The notes beneath the pieces are model-generated. The model did not search any database. It saw only the letters and a program-made list of their open reading frames with translations, and had not been told where the DNA came from. From an uncultured Atopobiaceae bacterium (lineage in GTDB: Bacteria > Actinomycetota > Coriobacteriia > Coriobacteriales > Atopobiaceae): a stretch of 64,000 nt of DNA. Position 1 is the stretch's first letter. Every line of letters starts with the position of its first letter. The DNA lies in NCBI GenBank assembly GCA_963538475.1, contig CAUTIE010000003.1:921-64920 (forward strand), in the 5' to 3' direction. This document shows, piece after piece, positions 1-8,850 of the stretch. A program made the position numbers and the translations under genes.

Positions 1-152
1 AAAGACTGAGGCTCAGCCAAAGGCTCAGTAGCTGGTGCACAGGTGGCAGGGGCTCCAGCGGAGTTAAGCGGAACTCTAAGAAGGCCGTCAGAACTCTTGC
101 AAGAGCGGTCCGTTAAGCTCAACAAAATGACACTTTCTTAAAAAATTGTTAC

Positions 153-189
153 ACGCTCTGAACATATTTGTTCGGAGCGTTCTTTCTTG
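153..189 (+). terminator. Probable intrinsic terminator of the upstream gene
   Basis: Stem acgctctgaaca / tgttcggagcgt, 4-nt loop, followed by tctttctt. Confidence 0.55.
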
Positions 190-247
190 CAAATTTCCAG
201 GTACACTGTATGTACTGTTGCCAAACGTGAGAGACGTTTGATTAAGG

Positions 248-1774
248 GTGGCTCAGGCTGAGGCATCCGGAGGGGATCCAATGGAACTTCACGAGGAATG
301 TGGCGTCTTTGGAGTATGGGCGCCTGACCGTGACGTTGCTCGACTCACTTATTTTGCGCTGCACGCGCTGCAGCATCGCGGGCAAGATTCCGCAGGTATA
401 GCCGTCGGCGACGGCCAGACCGTGCTTATCAGAAAAGACACGGGCCTCGTAACTGAAGTTTTTAACAACGACGATCTCAACGCAATGCCAGGCAAAGTGG
501 CTATCGGTCACTGCCGCTACGGCACTGCGGGCGCCAAGGGCTGGGAGTCGGCCCAGCCACACATGTCGTCCATCGACGAGACCCTCATTGCTCTGGCTCA
601 CAACGGCACCCTCGTTAACTTTGACTCCTTGCGAGAAGAACTGTCTTCTCGCCAGATTTCCTTTAGATCCAACACGGATTCCGAGGTAGCAGCCCAGCTC
701 ATTGGCTACTTCACGCGTCAAACGCACCGACTGCGCACTGGCATCGCCGCAACCATGAACCTCATCGAGGGCGGCTACGCCATGGTGCTCATCCGCGAGA
801 ACGCGCTGTATGCGTTTAGGGATCCAAACGGCATTCGTCCGCTGGTACTTGGCCATATTGGCGAGGAGGGCGAGAATAACTGGGTGGTTGCATCCGAGAC
901 GTGCGCGCTGGATATTGTGGGCGCCACGTATGTGCGTGAAGTTGCTCCCGGAGAGATTATTCGTATCTCAGACAACGGTCTGTCTTCTGAGATGGGACTT
1001 TCTCCTCGTCAGCAGGCAGATTGTATCTTTGAGCAGGTGTATTTCTCGCGTCCTGACTCTATTATTAGTGGGCGCTCGGTATATTCTGTTCGCCATCAGA
1101 TGGGTCGTCAACTGGCAAAAGAGACTCCAGCCAATGTTGATCTGGTAATCGGTGTGCCAGATTCTGGTGTTCCTGCAGCTGAGGGCTTTGCACAAGAGCT
1201 GGATGTTCCGTTTGGTACCGGTCTGATTAAGAATCGATACGTTGCTCGTACGTTCATTCAGCCTACACAGCAGCTCCGTGAACTGGGAGTTCGCCTAAAA
1301 CTCAACGCACTTTCTGACGTTGTAGCAGGTAAGCGCATTGTAATGGTGGACGATTCCGTTGTTCGCGGTACCACCTCAAAGCAGATTGTTCAGCTGCTTA
1401 GGGATGCTGGCGCTGTTGAGGTGCACGTCAGAAGTGCATCCCCAAAGGTTATCTGGCCTTGCTTCTACGGTATTGATACCGCTGATCAGGACCAGCTTGT
1501 TGCGGCAAAAATGAGCACGCAGGAAATTTGCGATTATATCGGTGCAGACTCTCTTGGCTTCTTGAGCCTGGAAGGTCTGCTTTCATGTGTACCTTCTCGT
1601 GGTTACTGCGATTCCTGCTTTAGCGGCAGATATCCCGTGGCAATCCCTGAAGACTTCCATCAGAGGTTCTTGCCAGAGAACACTCCAGATAATTTGAACC
1701 CAACTTTTGTACGCAAGTTTGACCAGGTAGAACAGCAGTTAATTGACGAGGGTCGTATACCCTCAGAGCAGTAA
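248..1774 (+). CDS. purF: Amidophosphoribosyltransferase
   Basis: LHEECGVFG (Ntn Cys), LQHRGQDSAG, HNGTLVN, PRPP motif VMVDDSVVRGTT, PCFYGID; start may be ATG 281. Confidence 0.98.
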   Translation: MAQAEASGGDPMELHEECGVFGVWAPDRDVARLTYFALHALQHRGQDSAGIAVGDGQTVLIRKDTGLVTEVFNNDDLNAMPGKVAIGHCRYGTAGAKGWESAQPHMSSIDETLIALAHNGTLVNFDSLREELSSRQISFRSNTDSEVAAQLIGYFTRQTHRLRTGIAATMNLIEGGYAMVLIRENALYAFRDPNGIRPLVLGHIGEEGENNWVVASETCALDIVGATYVREVAPGEIIRISDNGLSSEMGLSPRQQADCIFEQVYFSRPDSIISGRSVYSVRHQMGRQLAKETPANVDLVIGVPDSGVPAAEGFAQELDVPFGTGLIKNRYVARTFIQPTQQLRELGVRLKLNALSDVVAGKRIVMVDDSVVRGTTSKQIVQLLRDAGAVEVHVRSASPKVIWPCFYGIDTADQDQLVAAKMSTQEICDYIGADSLGFLSLEGLLSCVPSRGYCDSCFSGRYPVAIPEDFHQRFLPENTPDNLNPTFVRKFDQVEQQLIDEGRIPSEQ

Positions 1775-1785
1775 GGGGAGAAACA

Positions 1786-2874
1786 ATGACCACTTCCGCT
1801 GATCCAACTAAGCAGATTACCTACGCCGATGCAGGCGTTGACGTTGATGAGGGAGCTCGCGCCGTTGACGCCATCAAGGCTGCTGTTGCTACAACTACTC
1901 GTCCCGAGGTCATTGGTGGCCTGGGCGGCTTTGGTTCTTGCTTCTCGGCTGCAGCCCTGAAGGACATGGAAGAGCCTGTACTGGTCAGCGGCACTGACGG
2001 CGTTGGCACCAAGCTGGCCATTGCTCAGCTGCTTAACCGCCATAACACTGTGGGCGAGGACCTGGTTGCAATGTGCGTTGACGACATTGTTCCCATGGGC
2101 GCAGAGCCTCTGTTCTTCCTAGATTACGTAGCCGTGGGCAAGCTTAAAGCCGAGGCAGTCGCAGAGGTTGTTGGTGGCATTGCAGAAGGTTGCCGCAAGA
2201 GCGGATGTGCGCTGGTAGGCGGTGAGATGGCCGAGCATCCAGGCGTTATGAATCCAGATGATTATGATCTGGCTGGTTTTGTTGTAGGCGTTGTCGACAA
2301 ACCAAAGATCTTAGGTCCCGAGAAGGTCAGTGAGGGCGATATCATTCTGGGACTGCCTTCTTCTGGCATCCACTCCAACGGATATTCGCTGGTACGTAAG
2401 GTGGCAATTGAGGGTAAGACCGTTGAGGAACTCAACCAGCCGCTGGAGGAGCTTGACGGAGAGTCCCTTGCAGATGCCGTTTTGCGTCCAACTACCATCT
2501 ATGCAGGTGGACTGCTTGCTGCACTCCGTACGGGAGCTCCTATCAAGGCTATGGCACATATCACTGGTGGTGGAATCACCGAGAACCTTAACCGTGCACT
2601 ACCATCTCATCTTGATGCAGAGGTTGATCGTGGTGGAGAGGCAGGCCCCGCATGGCCAATTCCATCAGTTATTTCTTACGTTTCTAACGCCGCTCATCTC
2701 TCTCTTGATGAGCAGTACCGCACGTTCAATATGGGCGTTGGCATGGCGCTTATTGTTGATATGGACGATGTTGATGATGTTGCAGAGGCCCTCTCTGAAC
2801 AGGGATTTGAGCCATTTGTTATGGGTCAGATTATCCCAGGCACCGGAAAGGTGGTCTACAACGATGCCAATTAA
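1786..2874 (+). CDS. purM: Phosphoribosylformylglycinamidine cyclo-ligase (AIR synthetase)
   Basis: YADAGVD, GTDGVGTK, GAEPLFFLDY, SSGIHSNGYSL, HITGGG, TFNMGVG. Confidence 0.98.
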   Translation: MTTSADPTKQITYADAGVDVDEGARAVDAIKAAVATTTRPEVIGGLGGFGSCFSAAALKDMEEPVLVSGTDGVGTKLAIAQLLNRHNTVGEDLVAMCVDDIVPMGAEPLFFLDYVAVGKLKAEAVAEVVGGIAEGCRKSGCALVGGEMAEHPGVMNPDDYDLAGFVVGVVDKPKILGPEKVSEGDIILGLPSSGIHSNGYSLVRKVAIEGKTVEELNQPLEELDGESLADAVLRPTTIYAGGLLAALRTGAPIKAMAHITGGGITENLNRALPSHLDAEVDRGGEAGPAWPIPSVISYVSNAAHLSLDEQYRTFNMGVGMALIVDMDDVDDVAEALSEQGFEPFVMGQIIPGTGKVVYNDAN

Positions 2875-3478
2875 GCTTGGCGTTCTTCTTTCTGGTTCGG
2901 GTACCAACCTCCAGGCTATTATCGATGCCATCCAGGCTGGTACGTTGGATGCAACTATTGAACTGGTTGTTTCTTCTCGCCCTAGTGCATACGGCTTGAA
3001 AAGGGCAGAGGCGGCTGGCCTGCAAACGCTGACGCTCTCAAAAGAGACATACGAGGATTCGTTTGTTGCGGATATGGTGATTGCTACCGAGCTCAAGCGC
3101 TATAACGTTGATTACGTTGTTATGGCTGGTTACATGCGTAAAGTGGGCGTTCCTATTCTGAACACCTTCCCTGATCGCGTGCTCAACCTGCACCCGGCGC
3201 TGTTGCCAAGCTTCCGCGGCGCGCACGCCATTCAGGATGCGTATGAGTATGGTGTCAAGGTAACGGGCGTTACCGTTCATCTGGCAAACGCTGATTACGA
3301 CCGCGGCCCCATTATTGCCCAGCGACCTGTTGTGGTTGAGGAGGACTGGACCGTTGACCAGCTTGAAGAGGCAATTCACCAGGTAGAGCATCAGCTGTAT
3401 CCTGAGGTGTTGCAGCTTTTTGCACAGGACAGGGTCCACGTTGAGGGCCAAAAGGTTCGCATAGAGGTAGGCAAGTAA
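2864..3478 (+). CDS. purN: Phosphoribosylglycinamide formyltransferase
   Basis: Real start is ATG 2864, overlapping the purM end; SGSGTNLQA, NLHPALLPSFRG, TGVTVH, DRGPII. Confidence 0.97.
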   Translation: MPIKLGVLLSGSGTNLQAIIDAIQAGTLDATIELVVSSRPSAYGLKRAEAAGLQTLTLSKETYEDSFVADMVIATELKRYNVDYVVMAGYMRKVGVPILNTFPDRVLNLHPALLPSFRGAHAIQDAYEYGVKVTGVTVHLANADYDRGPIIAQRPVVVEEDWTVDQLEEAIHQVEHQLYPEVLQLFAQDRVHVEGQKVRIEVGK

Positions 3479-4585
3479 ATGGCGAGAAGTGCCCAGATCA
3501 AACTGAGCGACGTAGCAACGTCGCGTGTCAATAACCTGAACTTTATGAGGTTTATTGCTGCGCTGATGGTCATTGTTTCTCACTGCTACTCAGTGGTCTT
3601 GGGCGGCGATGCTGGCAGCTATTTGCTAAAGCTAACGGGGGATCGTTTGAGTCCCGGCGGTGTTTCCGTTGGCGTCTTCTTCTTATTTGGCGGGTTTTTG
3701 ATTGCTCGTAGTTGCGAGCATTATCCTGAACCAAAGAAGTTCTTCTCGGCACGCGTTTTGAGGCTTTTTCCTGAGCTTTTGTTTGTTGTGATTTTGACTG
3801 CTTTTGTGCTTGGTCCAATACTCTCAACGCTTTCACCTGCAGAATATTTCACAAATCCACAGACGTATAAGTACCTGCTCAATGGCGTCTTAATCATGGT
3901 GCATCAGTTGCCAGGAGTGTTTACCAACAACCCTTCGGGTGACGTGGTAAATGCTGCGTTGTGGACGCTTCCTGTTGAGTTTATCTGCTACATTCTGTGT
4001 TTTATCAGCTACAAACTTACTAAGTTTGACAAAAAGAAGTTTTTGCTGCTCTCGGTACCTGTTTTTGTGTTGGCAGCAGTGTATTACGTGAAGTTTTCTC
4101 CGCTTCAGCTGAGCGTTGTGCGTGCGGTTCTTCTATTTTATCTGGGCGTTTTAATCTGGGTATTTAGAGATCACGTCACTATCTCACCTGTTTTAGGCCT
4201 TGCGTCGATTGTTCTGTGGTTTGTTATGGTCTTTAGTGGCATCGACAATCTGGCAATGCTGACAGTTTTTCCTATTGCTTGCTTCTGCCTTGCGTATGGA
4301 ATGGGCAACCATTTTAGTACGTTTGGCACCAAATTTGAGCTGTCCTATGGCATTTACCTTTGGGCTTTTCCTATTCAGCAAGCACTGGCACAGTATTTCC
4401 CAGCATGGCATCCTTATGTAAATGCACTGGTTGCAGCCTTGCTAGCAACTTGCGGAGCGTTTGTGAATCATTTTGTTGTTACTGCACCGCTTGGAAGATA
4501 CCTCAAAAAGCATCGTCAGAAGGTTCTTGAAAAACAGAAGTCTTCCAAAGGACAGAAACCTTCCGAAGAGCAGTCGGGTGCTTAA
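3479..4585 (+). CDS. Acyltransferase_3 (OafA-like) integral membrane O-acyltransferase
   Basis: RFIAALMVIVSH, VGVFFLFGGFLI, RVLRLFP, LWTLPVE, SYGIYLW; about 10 TM segments. Confidence 0.9.
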   Translation: MARSAQIKLSDVATSRVNNLNFMRFIAALMVIVSHCYSVVLGGDAGSYLLKLTGDRLSPGGVSVGVFFLFGGFLIARSCEHYPEPKKFFSARVLRLFPELLFVVILTAFVLGPILSTLSPAEYFTNPQTYKYLLNGVLIMVHQLPGVFTNNPSGDVVNAALWTLPVEFICYILCFISYKLTKFDKKKFLLLSVPVFVLAAVYYVKFSPLQLSVVRAVLLFYLGVLIWVFRDHVTISPVLGLASIVLWFVMVFSGIDNLAMLTVFPIACFCLAYGMGNHFSTFGTKFELSYGIYLWAFPIQQALAQYFPAWHPYVNALVAALLATCGAFVNHFVVTAPLGRYLKKHRQKVLEKQKSSKGQKPSEEQSGA

Positions 4586-4607
4586 AGACAAGCGCCGAGA
4601 AGAAAAA

Positions 4608-5021
4608 CTATTTTGCCAGGCCCACTAAATAGAATGCAGTTTGCATATACGCAAACGATACAACGCCCCAGATAAGAGGCACAGTTATGTCCCTAATAGT
4701 CTGCAGGGTCTCGTGAGTAGAGTGTTTGGCTATTTGTGTGAAGACGCCACAGATAATAATAAGGACGCCAATGCCCATAAGGGCTGGAACAAGAAATTGC
4801 TGTTTCAGCGCAGCTTCTGTCGTAAGAAACATTATGGCGATAAAAAATGCGATGCCCACAAAGATATAGAAGAGCATGAGCATTCCAAAACGGAGTAGAT
4901 CAAAGTTTGTGTGCTTAAAAACTTTGCTCAAGTCCCTCTTTCCAAGAAGCAGATACACCGTAAAAAAGTAAAAGGCAGTCATAGGAATACAGATAACCTT
5001 ATAGACATCCATAAGTGCCAT
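4608..5021 (-). CDS. Hypothetical membrane protein (4 TM)
   Basis: Hydrophobic 137-aa ORF with RBS-like aaggcgg. Confidence 0.7.
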   Translation of the reverse strand: MALMDVYKVICIPMTAFYFFTVYLLLGKRDLSKVFKHTNFDLLRFGMLMLFYIFVGIAFFIAIMFLTTEAALKQQFLVPALMGIGVLIIICGVFTQIAKHSTHETLQTIRDITVPLIWGVVSFAYMQTAFYLVGLAK

Positions 5022-5066
5022 ATGACCGCCTTATTTACTGAGTTAGCTTGCTGCGTGTTTCTCCGC

Positions 5067-5351
5067 TTATAGTAGTGCGGTTAGCGCAGTAACAAGTCCA
5101 AAGAGAATACCAGGGGCGTTAGCAATCATAATGGGAACATCTCGTTCTTTCTTGAAGGCGCCGTAAACAAACCACACGATGCAGTTGATCATAGCAACCA
5201 GCGGCTGGATAAAACTACCCTTATTTCCAGCAAGGTTATTGGTAATCTGAGGAATATAAGACACATACATCATGACTGATAGTACGCTGCCGATCTGTCC
5301 CATCCTGTTGAAGAAGTTCTCGTCAAACGTAATAGCGCGCTTCTCTGTCAT
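5067..5351 (-). CDS. SemiSWEET / PQ-loop sugar transporter family protein
   Basis: SYIPQI...QPLVAMINC...ANAPG, 3 TM. Confidence 0.9.
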   Translation of the reverse strand: MTEKRAITFDENFFNRMGQIGSVLSVMMYVSYIPQITNNLAGNKGSFIQPLVAMINCIVWFVYGAFKKERDVPIMIANAPGILFGLVTALTALL

Positions 5352-5419
5352 GTAAAGTAACCTCCAATGATTAATTAACGGGTTGCTGGTTCTTACCCAA
5401 TCACTTAAGAAGATATTCG

Positions 5420-5773
5420 TTAGTTTGTTGCCGAATAACTCGCATCAATCCATTGGCAGAGCTCATCAAAGTCAATGGAGCCATCCAAAAGTATGGAAAT
5501 CCAATGCTCTTTATTCATGTGGTACGCAGGCAAATAACCATCTTGATGTAGAAGCATTTCCAGAAGAAATGGATCATCTATTTTTACATTAACAAGATCG
5601 TAGCGTCTGAATTCTTTCAAGCCTAGCTTTTTACCAGGTACATCAGCAACAAGCGCAAACCACTTATTATTGTGCGGGTGGCGTAAAACAGCATACGTTG
5701 GAGCTGTCGAGAAGGGATAGTCGGGGTTTATACCGTACTGATTTGCAATGTAATCAAACAGTTTTTCTCGCAT
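5420..5773 (-). CDS. MmcQ/YjbR family protein
   Basis: KWFALV, NVKIDD, PAYHMNKEHWISI; RBS ggagg before ATG 5773. Confidence 0.9.
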   Translation of the reverse strand: MREKLFDYIANQYGINPDYPFSTAPTYAVLRHPHNNKWFALVADVPGKKLGLKEFRRYDLVNVKIDDPFLLEMLLHQDGYLPAYHMNKEHWISILLDGSIDFDELCQWIDASYSATN

Positions 5774-5922
5774 AATCTTGCCTCCCTGTCCCATATTTTA
5801 TTACGTACAAGATGTCCTTTATTGTGAGTCAGAAATTGCTATTATCCTCAGTATATACGCCTTAAACAGCTATACTAAATGTGTTTGTATATGTAATAAA
5901 AAGTCCAAGTGAAGGGCGTCAT

Positions 5923-6546
5923 ATGAGCCGAGTTTCTCGTAGAGAAGATGAGTTCTACAGCATGTTCTCTGAGTTTTCAGCGTTAATTGTTTCTACGGCA
6001 AAACTCTTTGTCTCCTATATGGAGTCATTCCCAAGTTCAGAAGATTATGAAGTCCAAATCAAGAACTACGAGACACTCTGCGATGACCAGGTAGGAAAGA
6101 TTATTTCCACCCTTAACACGTCTTTTATTACGCCATTTGATCGCGAGGACATCTCGCGTCTTGCTCTGCTTATGGACGAGATTGCAGACGGTATTGAAAG
6201 TGTCTCTGCACACCTCAGTATGTATGACATTAAAGAGATGCGTCCAGAGGCAGTTCAGGTAGCACATCTGATTCTGTTTGCATCGGAGGAGCTGCAAAAG
6301 GCCTTTGATCGTCTCCCTGATTATCACAAGGATGATTCTGTCATTCGCCATACACGCTCTGCAAATGAGTATGAGGACCAGGGTGATGTTGTTTATCGTA
6401 ACGCCCTGAGCTCTATTTTCAGAAACGTTGATGATCCGATTGAGGTTCTTAAGTGGAAGAGCCTTTTGGATAGACTTGAGTCAACCCTTGACGCTTGCAA
6501 GCATGTTGCAAACGCTGTTCAGAATGTCATCGTGAAAAATGGCTAG
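5923..6546 (+). CDS. DUF47 (PhoU-like) phosphate transport regulator
   Basis: FITPFDREDI, E..GD.VYR, D.C..VA; adjacent to pit. Confidence 0.92.
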   Translation: MSRVSRREDEFYSMFSEFSALIVSTAKLFVSYMESFPSSEDYEVQIKNYETLCDDQVGKIISTLNTSFITPFDREDISRLALLMDEIADGIESVSAHLSMYDIKEMRPEAVQVAHLILFASEELQKAFDRLPDYHKDDSVIRHTRSANEYEDQGDVVYRNALSSIFRNVDDPIEVLKWKSLLDRLESTLDACKHVANAVQNVIVKNG

Positions 6547-7534
6547 CATCTTGCTTATTGCGGTACTTGTTTCCGCTTTGATATTTGAGTTCATCAATGG
6601 CTTCCACGACACCGCAAACGCTATTGCAACCACGGTGTATACCAAGGCTTTGCCTCTACGCACAGCAATTATCATGTCGGCTATCATGAACTTTATCGGT
6701 GCACTTATGAGCGAGAAGGTCGCTATGACCATTGCGTCTGGTCTGGTTGATATTCAGCTACAGCTCTACGTTATTTTTGCTGCATTGATGGGCGCTATCA
6801 TTTGGGACCTCTTTACCTGGTGGTTCTCAATTCCAAGTTCGTCTTCGCATGCGCTTATCGGCAGCCTTATTGGCGCAACCATCGTATTTACAGGCAGCAC
6901 GGGCCATATTCTGTGGGCGGGCGTCATCGAGAAGGTTGTTATCCCTCTCTTTACCTCGCCACTTATTGGCATGGCTCTGGGCTACCTCATTATGAAGCTG
7001 GTATTTGAGATCTTTGCTGATTGGCCACCTAAAAAGGCAAACGGTCTCTTCCACCGTCTTCAGGTGCTCTCAGCTGCGTTTATGGCATACAGTCACGGCA
7101 ACAACGATGCTCAGAAGACTATGGGAATCATCACGTTAGCACTGGTAACCGCAGGTCTGCACGATCCTTCCATGGGCATTCCTCTGTGGGTCAAACTGCT
7201 TTGCGCTACAACTATGGCGCTAGGCACCTCCATTGGTGGTGGCCGCATCATGCGTACCGTTGGCGATGGTGTTACTAAGCTCACGCCAGTTATTGGCTTT
7301 GTCGCCGAAACAAGTTCCACCGTTGCAATCGAGATTATGACTGCACTTGGAGCACCAGTTTCCACTACGCAGGTCATCACCACATCCATCATGGGCGCAG
7401 GATCTGCTCGTCGTCGAAGCTCTGTACGCTGGGGCGTTGCGCGCAAGATCATTGCTGCCTGGTTTGTAACGCTGCCAGCCACCATGGCACTTGGCGGACT
7501 TATTGCCTTCCTGACCAGCTTTGTTCTGGCATAA
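6539..7534 (+). CDS. pit: Inorganic phosphate transporter, PiT family
   Basis: NGFHDTANA, PSSSSHALIG, SHGNNDAQK, PVSTTQ. Confidence 0.96.
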   Translation: MASILLIAVLVSALIFEFINGFHDTANAIATTVYTKALPLRTAIIMSAIMNFIGALMSEKVAMTIASGLVDIQLQLYVIFAALMGAIIWDLFTWWFSIPSSSSHALIGSLIGATIVFTGSTGHILWAGVIEKVVIPLFTSPLIGMALGYLIMKLVFEIFADWPPKKANGLFHRLQVLSAAFMAYSHGNNDAQKTMGIITLALVTAGLHDPSMGIPLWVKLLCATTMALGTSIGGGRIMRTVGDGVTKLTPVIGFVAETSSTVAIEIMTALGAPVSTTQVITTSIMGAGSARRRSSVRWGVARKIIAAWFVTLPATMALGGLIAFLTSFVLA

Positions 7535-7537
7535 CCT

Positions 7538-8227
7538 ATGCTCAATGTTGTACTGGTAGAGCCTGAGATTCCTGCAAACACGGGAAACATTGGTCGTACC
7601 TGTGTGGTTAGTGGAACTCATCTGCACTTGGTGGGTCCGTTGGGTTTCTCGCTAGATGACAAAAGCCTCAAGCGAGCAGGAATGGCCTACTGGCAAAGCC
7701 TTAACGTTTCTGTCTACGACAACTGGGATCAATTTCTGGAGAAGAACGGTCTTATCCAAGCATCTGGCGCACCTGCTGGGGACGCTGCACACGACGCTGT
7801 TTCCGCAGTTGGCAGCTCTTCCAACTGCACTTTTACGGTCGGCAGGTCCCCGCTACACTTTCTGACCAAGAAGGCCAAGAAAACCTACACGCAGGCAACG
7901 TATCGCGATGGGGATTACCTCATCTTTGGCAAAGAAAGCCTGGGATTATCCGAGGAACTCCTGGCACAGCATGCTGACGAGTGCGAGAGAATCCCAATGT
8001 TGCAAGATTCTGCCAGCCTGGTCAACCGCGAGGACTGGAGCCAGAAGCACGATGCGCTTGATGGAGATGACCAGTACGCTCATCCAGCGCTTTTGCAGCA
8101 GGATATCTGCGGAAACTTTATCGATCCTAACGAGTTCTCGGTCAGTGCGCTAAACGTTTCAAATGCTGCCGCCATTGTGCTGTATGAGGCGCTGCGACAG
8201 ATTGGCTTTCCGGGAATGGATGTCTAA
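7538..8227 (+). CDS. trmL: tRNA (cytidine/uridine-34-2'-O)-methyltransferase, SPOUT family, with two insertions
   Basis: PEIPANTGNIGRTC, PLGF, KRAG..YW, FGKESLGL, LNVSNAAAIVLYEALRQ. Confidence 0.93.
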   Translation: MLNVVLVEPEIPANTGNIGRTCVVSGTHLHLVGPLGFSLDDKSLKRAGMAYWQSLNVSVYDNWDQFLEKNGLIQASGAPAGDAAHDAVSAVGSSSNCTFTVGRSPLHFLTKKAKKTYTQATYRDGDYLIFGKESLGLSEELLAQHADECERIPMLQDSASLVNREDWSQKHDALDGDDQYAHPALLQQDICGNFIDPNEFSVSALNVSNAAAIVLYEALRQIGFPGMDV

Positions 8228-8309
8228 GAATTAGTTTGTTGAGTTTGTTTATGATGTAGAACGAAAAAAGTGTCAAGAATGGCTACAGAGGTAAGACGTA
8301 TGTTAATTA

Positions 8310-8343
8310 AAATCCGACAACACCATTAGATGCTGTCGGATTT
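8310..8343. terminator. Hairpin between convergent trmL and SemiSWEET genes
   Basis: aaatccgaca...tgtcggattt. Confidence 0.6.
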
Positions 8344-8368
8344 CTAAATTAAATTTGCTGCTTAATCA

Positions 8369-8632
8369 CTATAAAGCGGTGAGAAATGTTAATCCGCCTA
8401 AAATTACACCAGCAGTATTTGGAATAATGAGAATCCAGTCCTTTTTGGGCTCTTTAGTCCAACCATAGATGACCCAAATGAGACAAGAAACTGCTGCAAA
8501 TAGCGGCTGAAAAGGTTGAGCCTTTACGCCCTGTAGATTTGCAATAATTTGTGGAATATAAGCGATAAAAACAAATACTCCGATAAAAGCTCCGATAGAG
8601 CCTACAAATAGATTGATTTGTTTCTTTGACAT
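8369..8632 (-). CDS. SemiSWEET / PQ-loop family protein (second paralog, AT-rich)
   Basis: AYIPQI...QPFQPL...IIPNTAG, 3 TM; strong RBS aggaggagg. Confidence 0.9.
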   Translation of the reverse strand: MSKKQINLFVGSIGAFIGVFVFIAYIPQIIANLQGVKAQPFQPLFAAVSCLIWVIYGWTKEPKKDWILIIPNTAGVILGGLTFLTAL

Positions 8633-8795
8633 AAAACACCTCCTCCTTTGTTATTTTAATTATAAGGAGGAGGTGACGAGAAAATCAAACTACCTGTGAA
8701 ATTAGAATTTAACGTTATTGCTTTAGTTATGAAGATTGGTTTGCAGATTTATGGCTAGAGCTGCGCCTGCCTGCGGCTACTTCAAGAATACGCAA

Positions 8796-8830
8796 ACAAA
8801 AACCCGAGTGCTTTGGCACCCGGGTTTTGT
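8796..8830 (-). terminator. Terminator of the LPXTG protein gene
   Basis: acaaaaacccgagtgc-tttg-gcacccgggttttgt. Confidence 0.7.
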
Positions 8831-8850
8831 AGTTGCATTAGAACTTCCTG

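Noticed and set aside
1..31. Possible 3' end of an upstream CDS (KTEAQPKAQ*)
   Set aside because: Too short to support or name.
61..240. Stem-loop upstream of purF as a purine or ZTP riboswitch
   Set aside because: No match to purine or pfl/ZTP consensus elements; a terminator-like hairpin lies between it and purF.
2330..2863. 382-aa ORF suggesting a long PurN
   Set aside because: The extension is an alternative frame over purM; PurN homology starts at ATG 2864.
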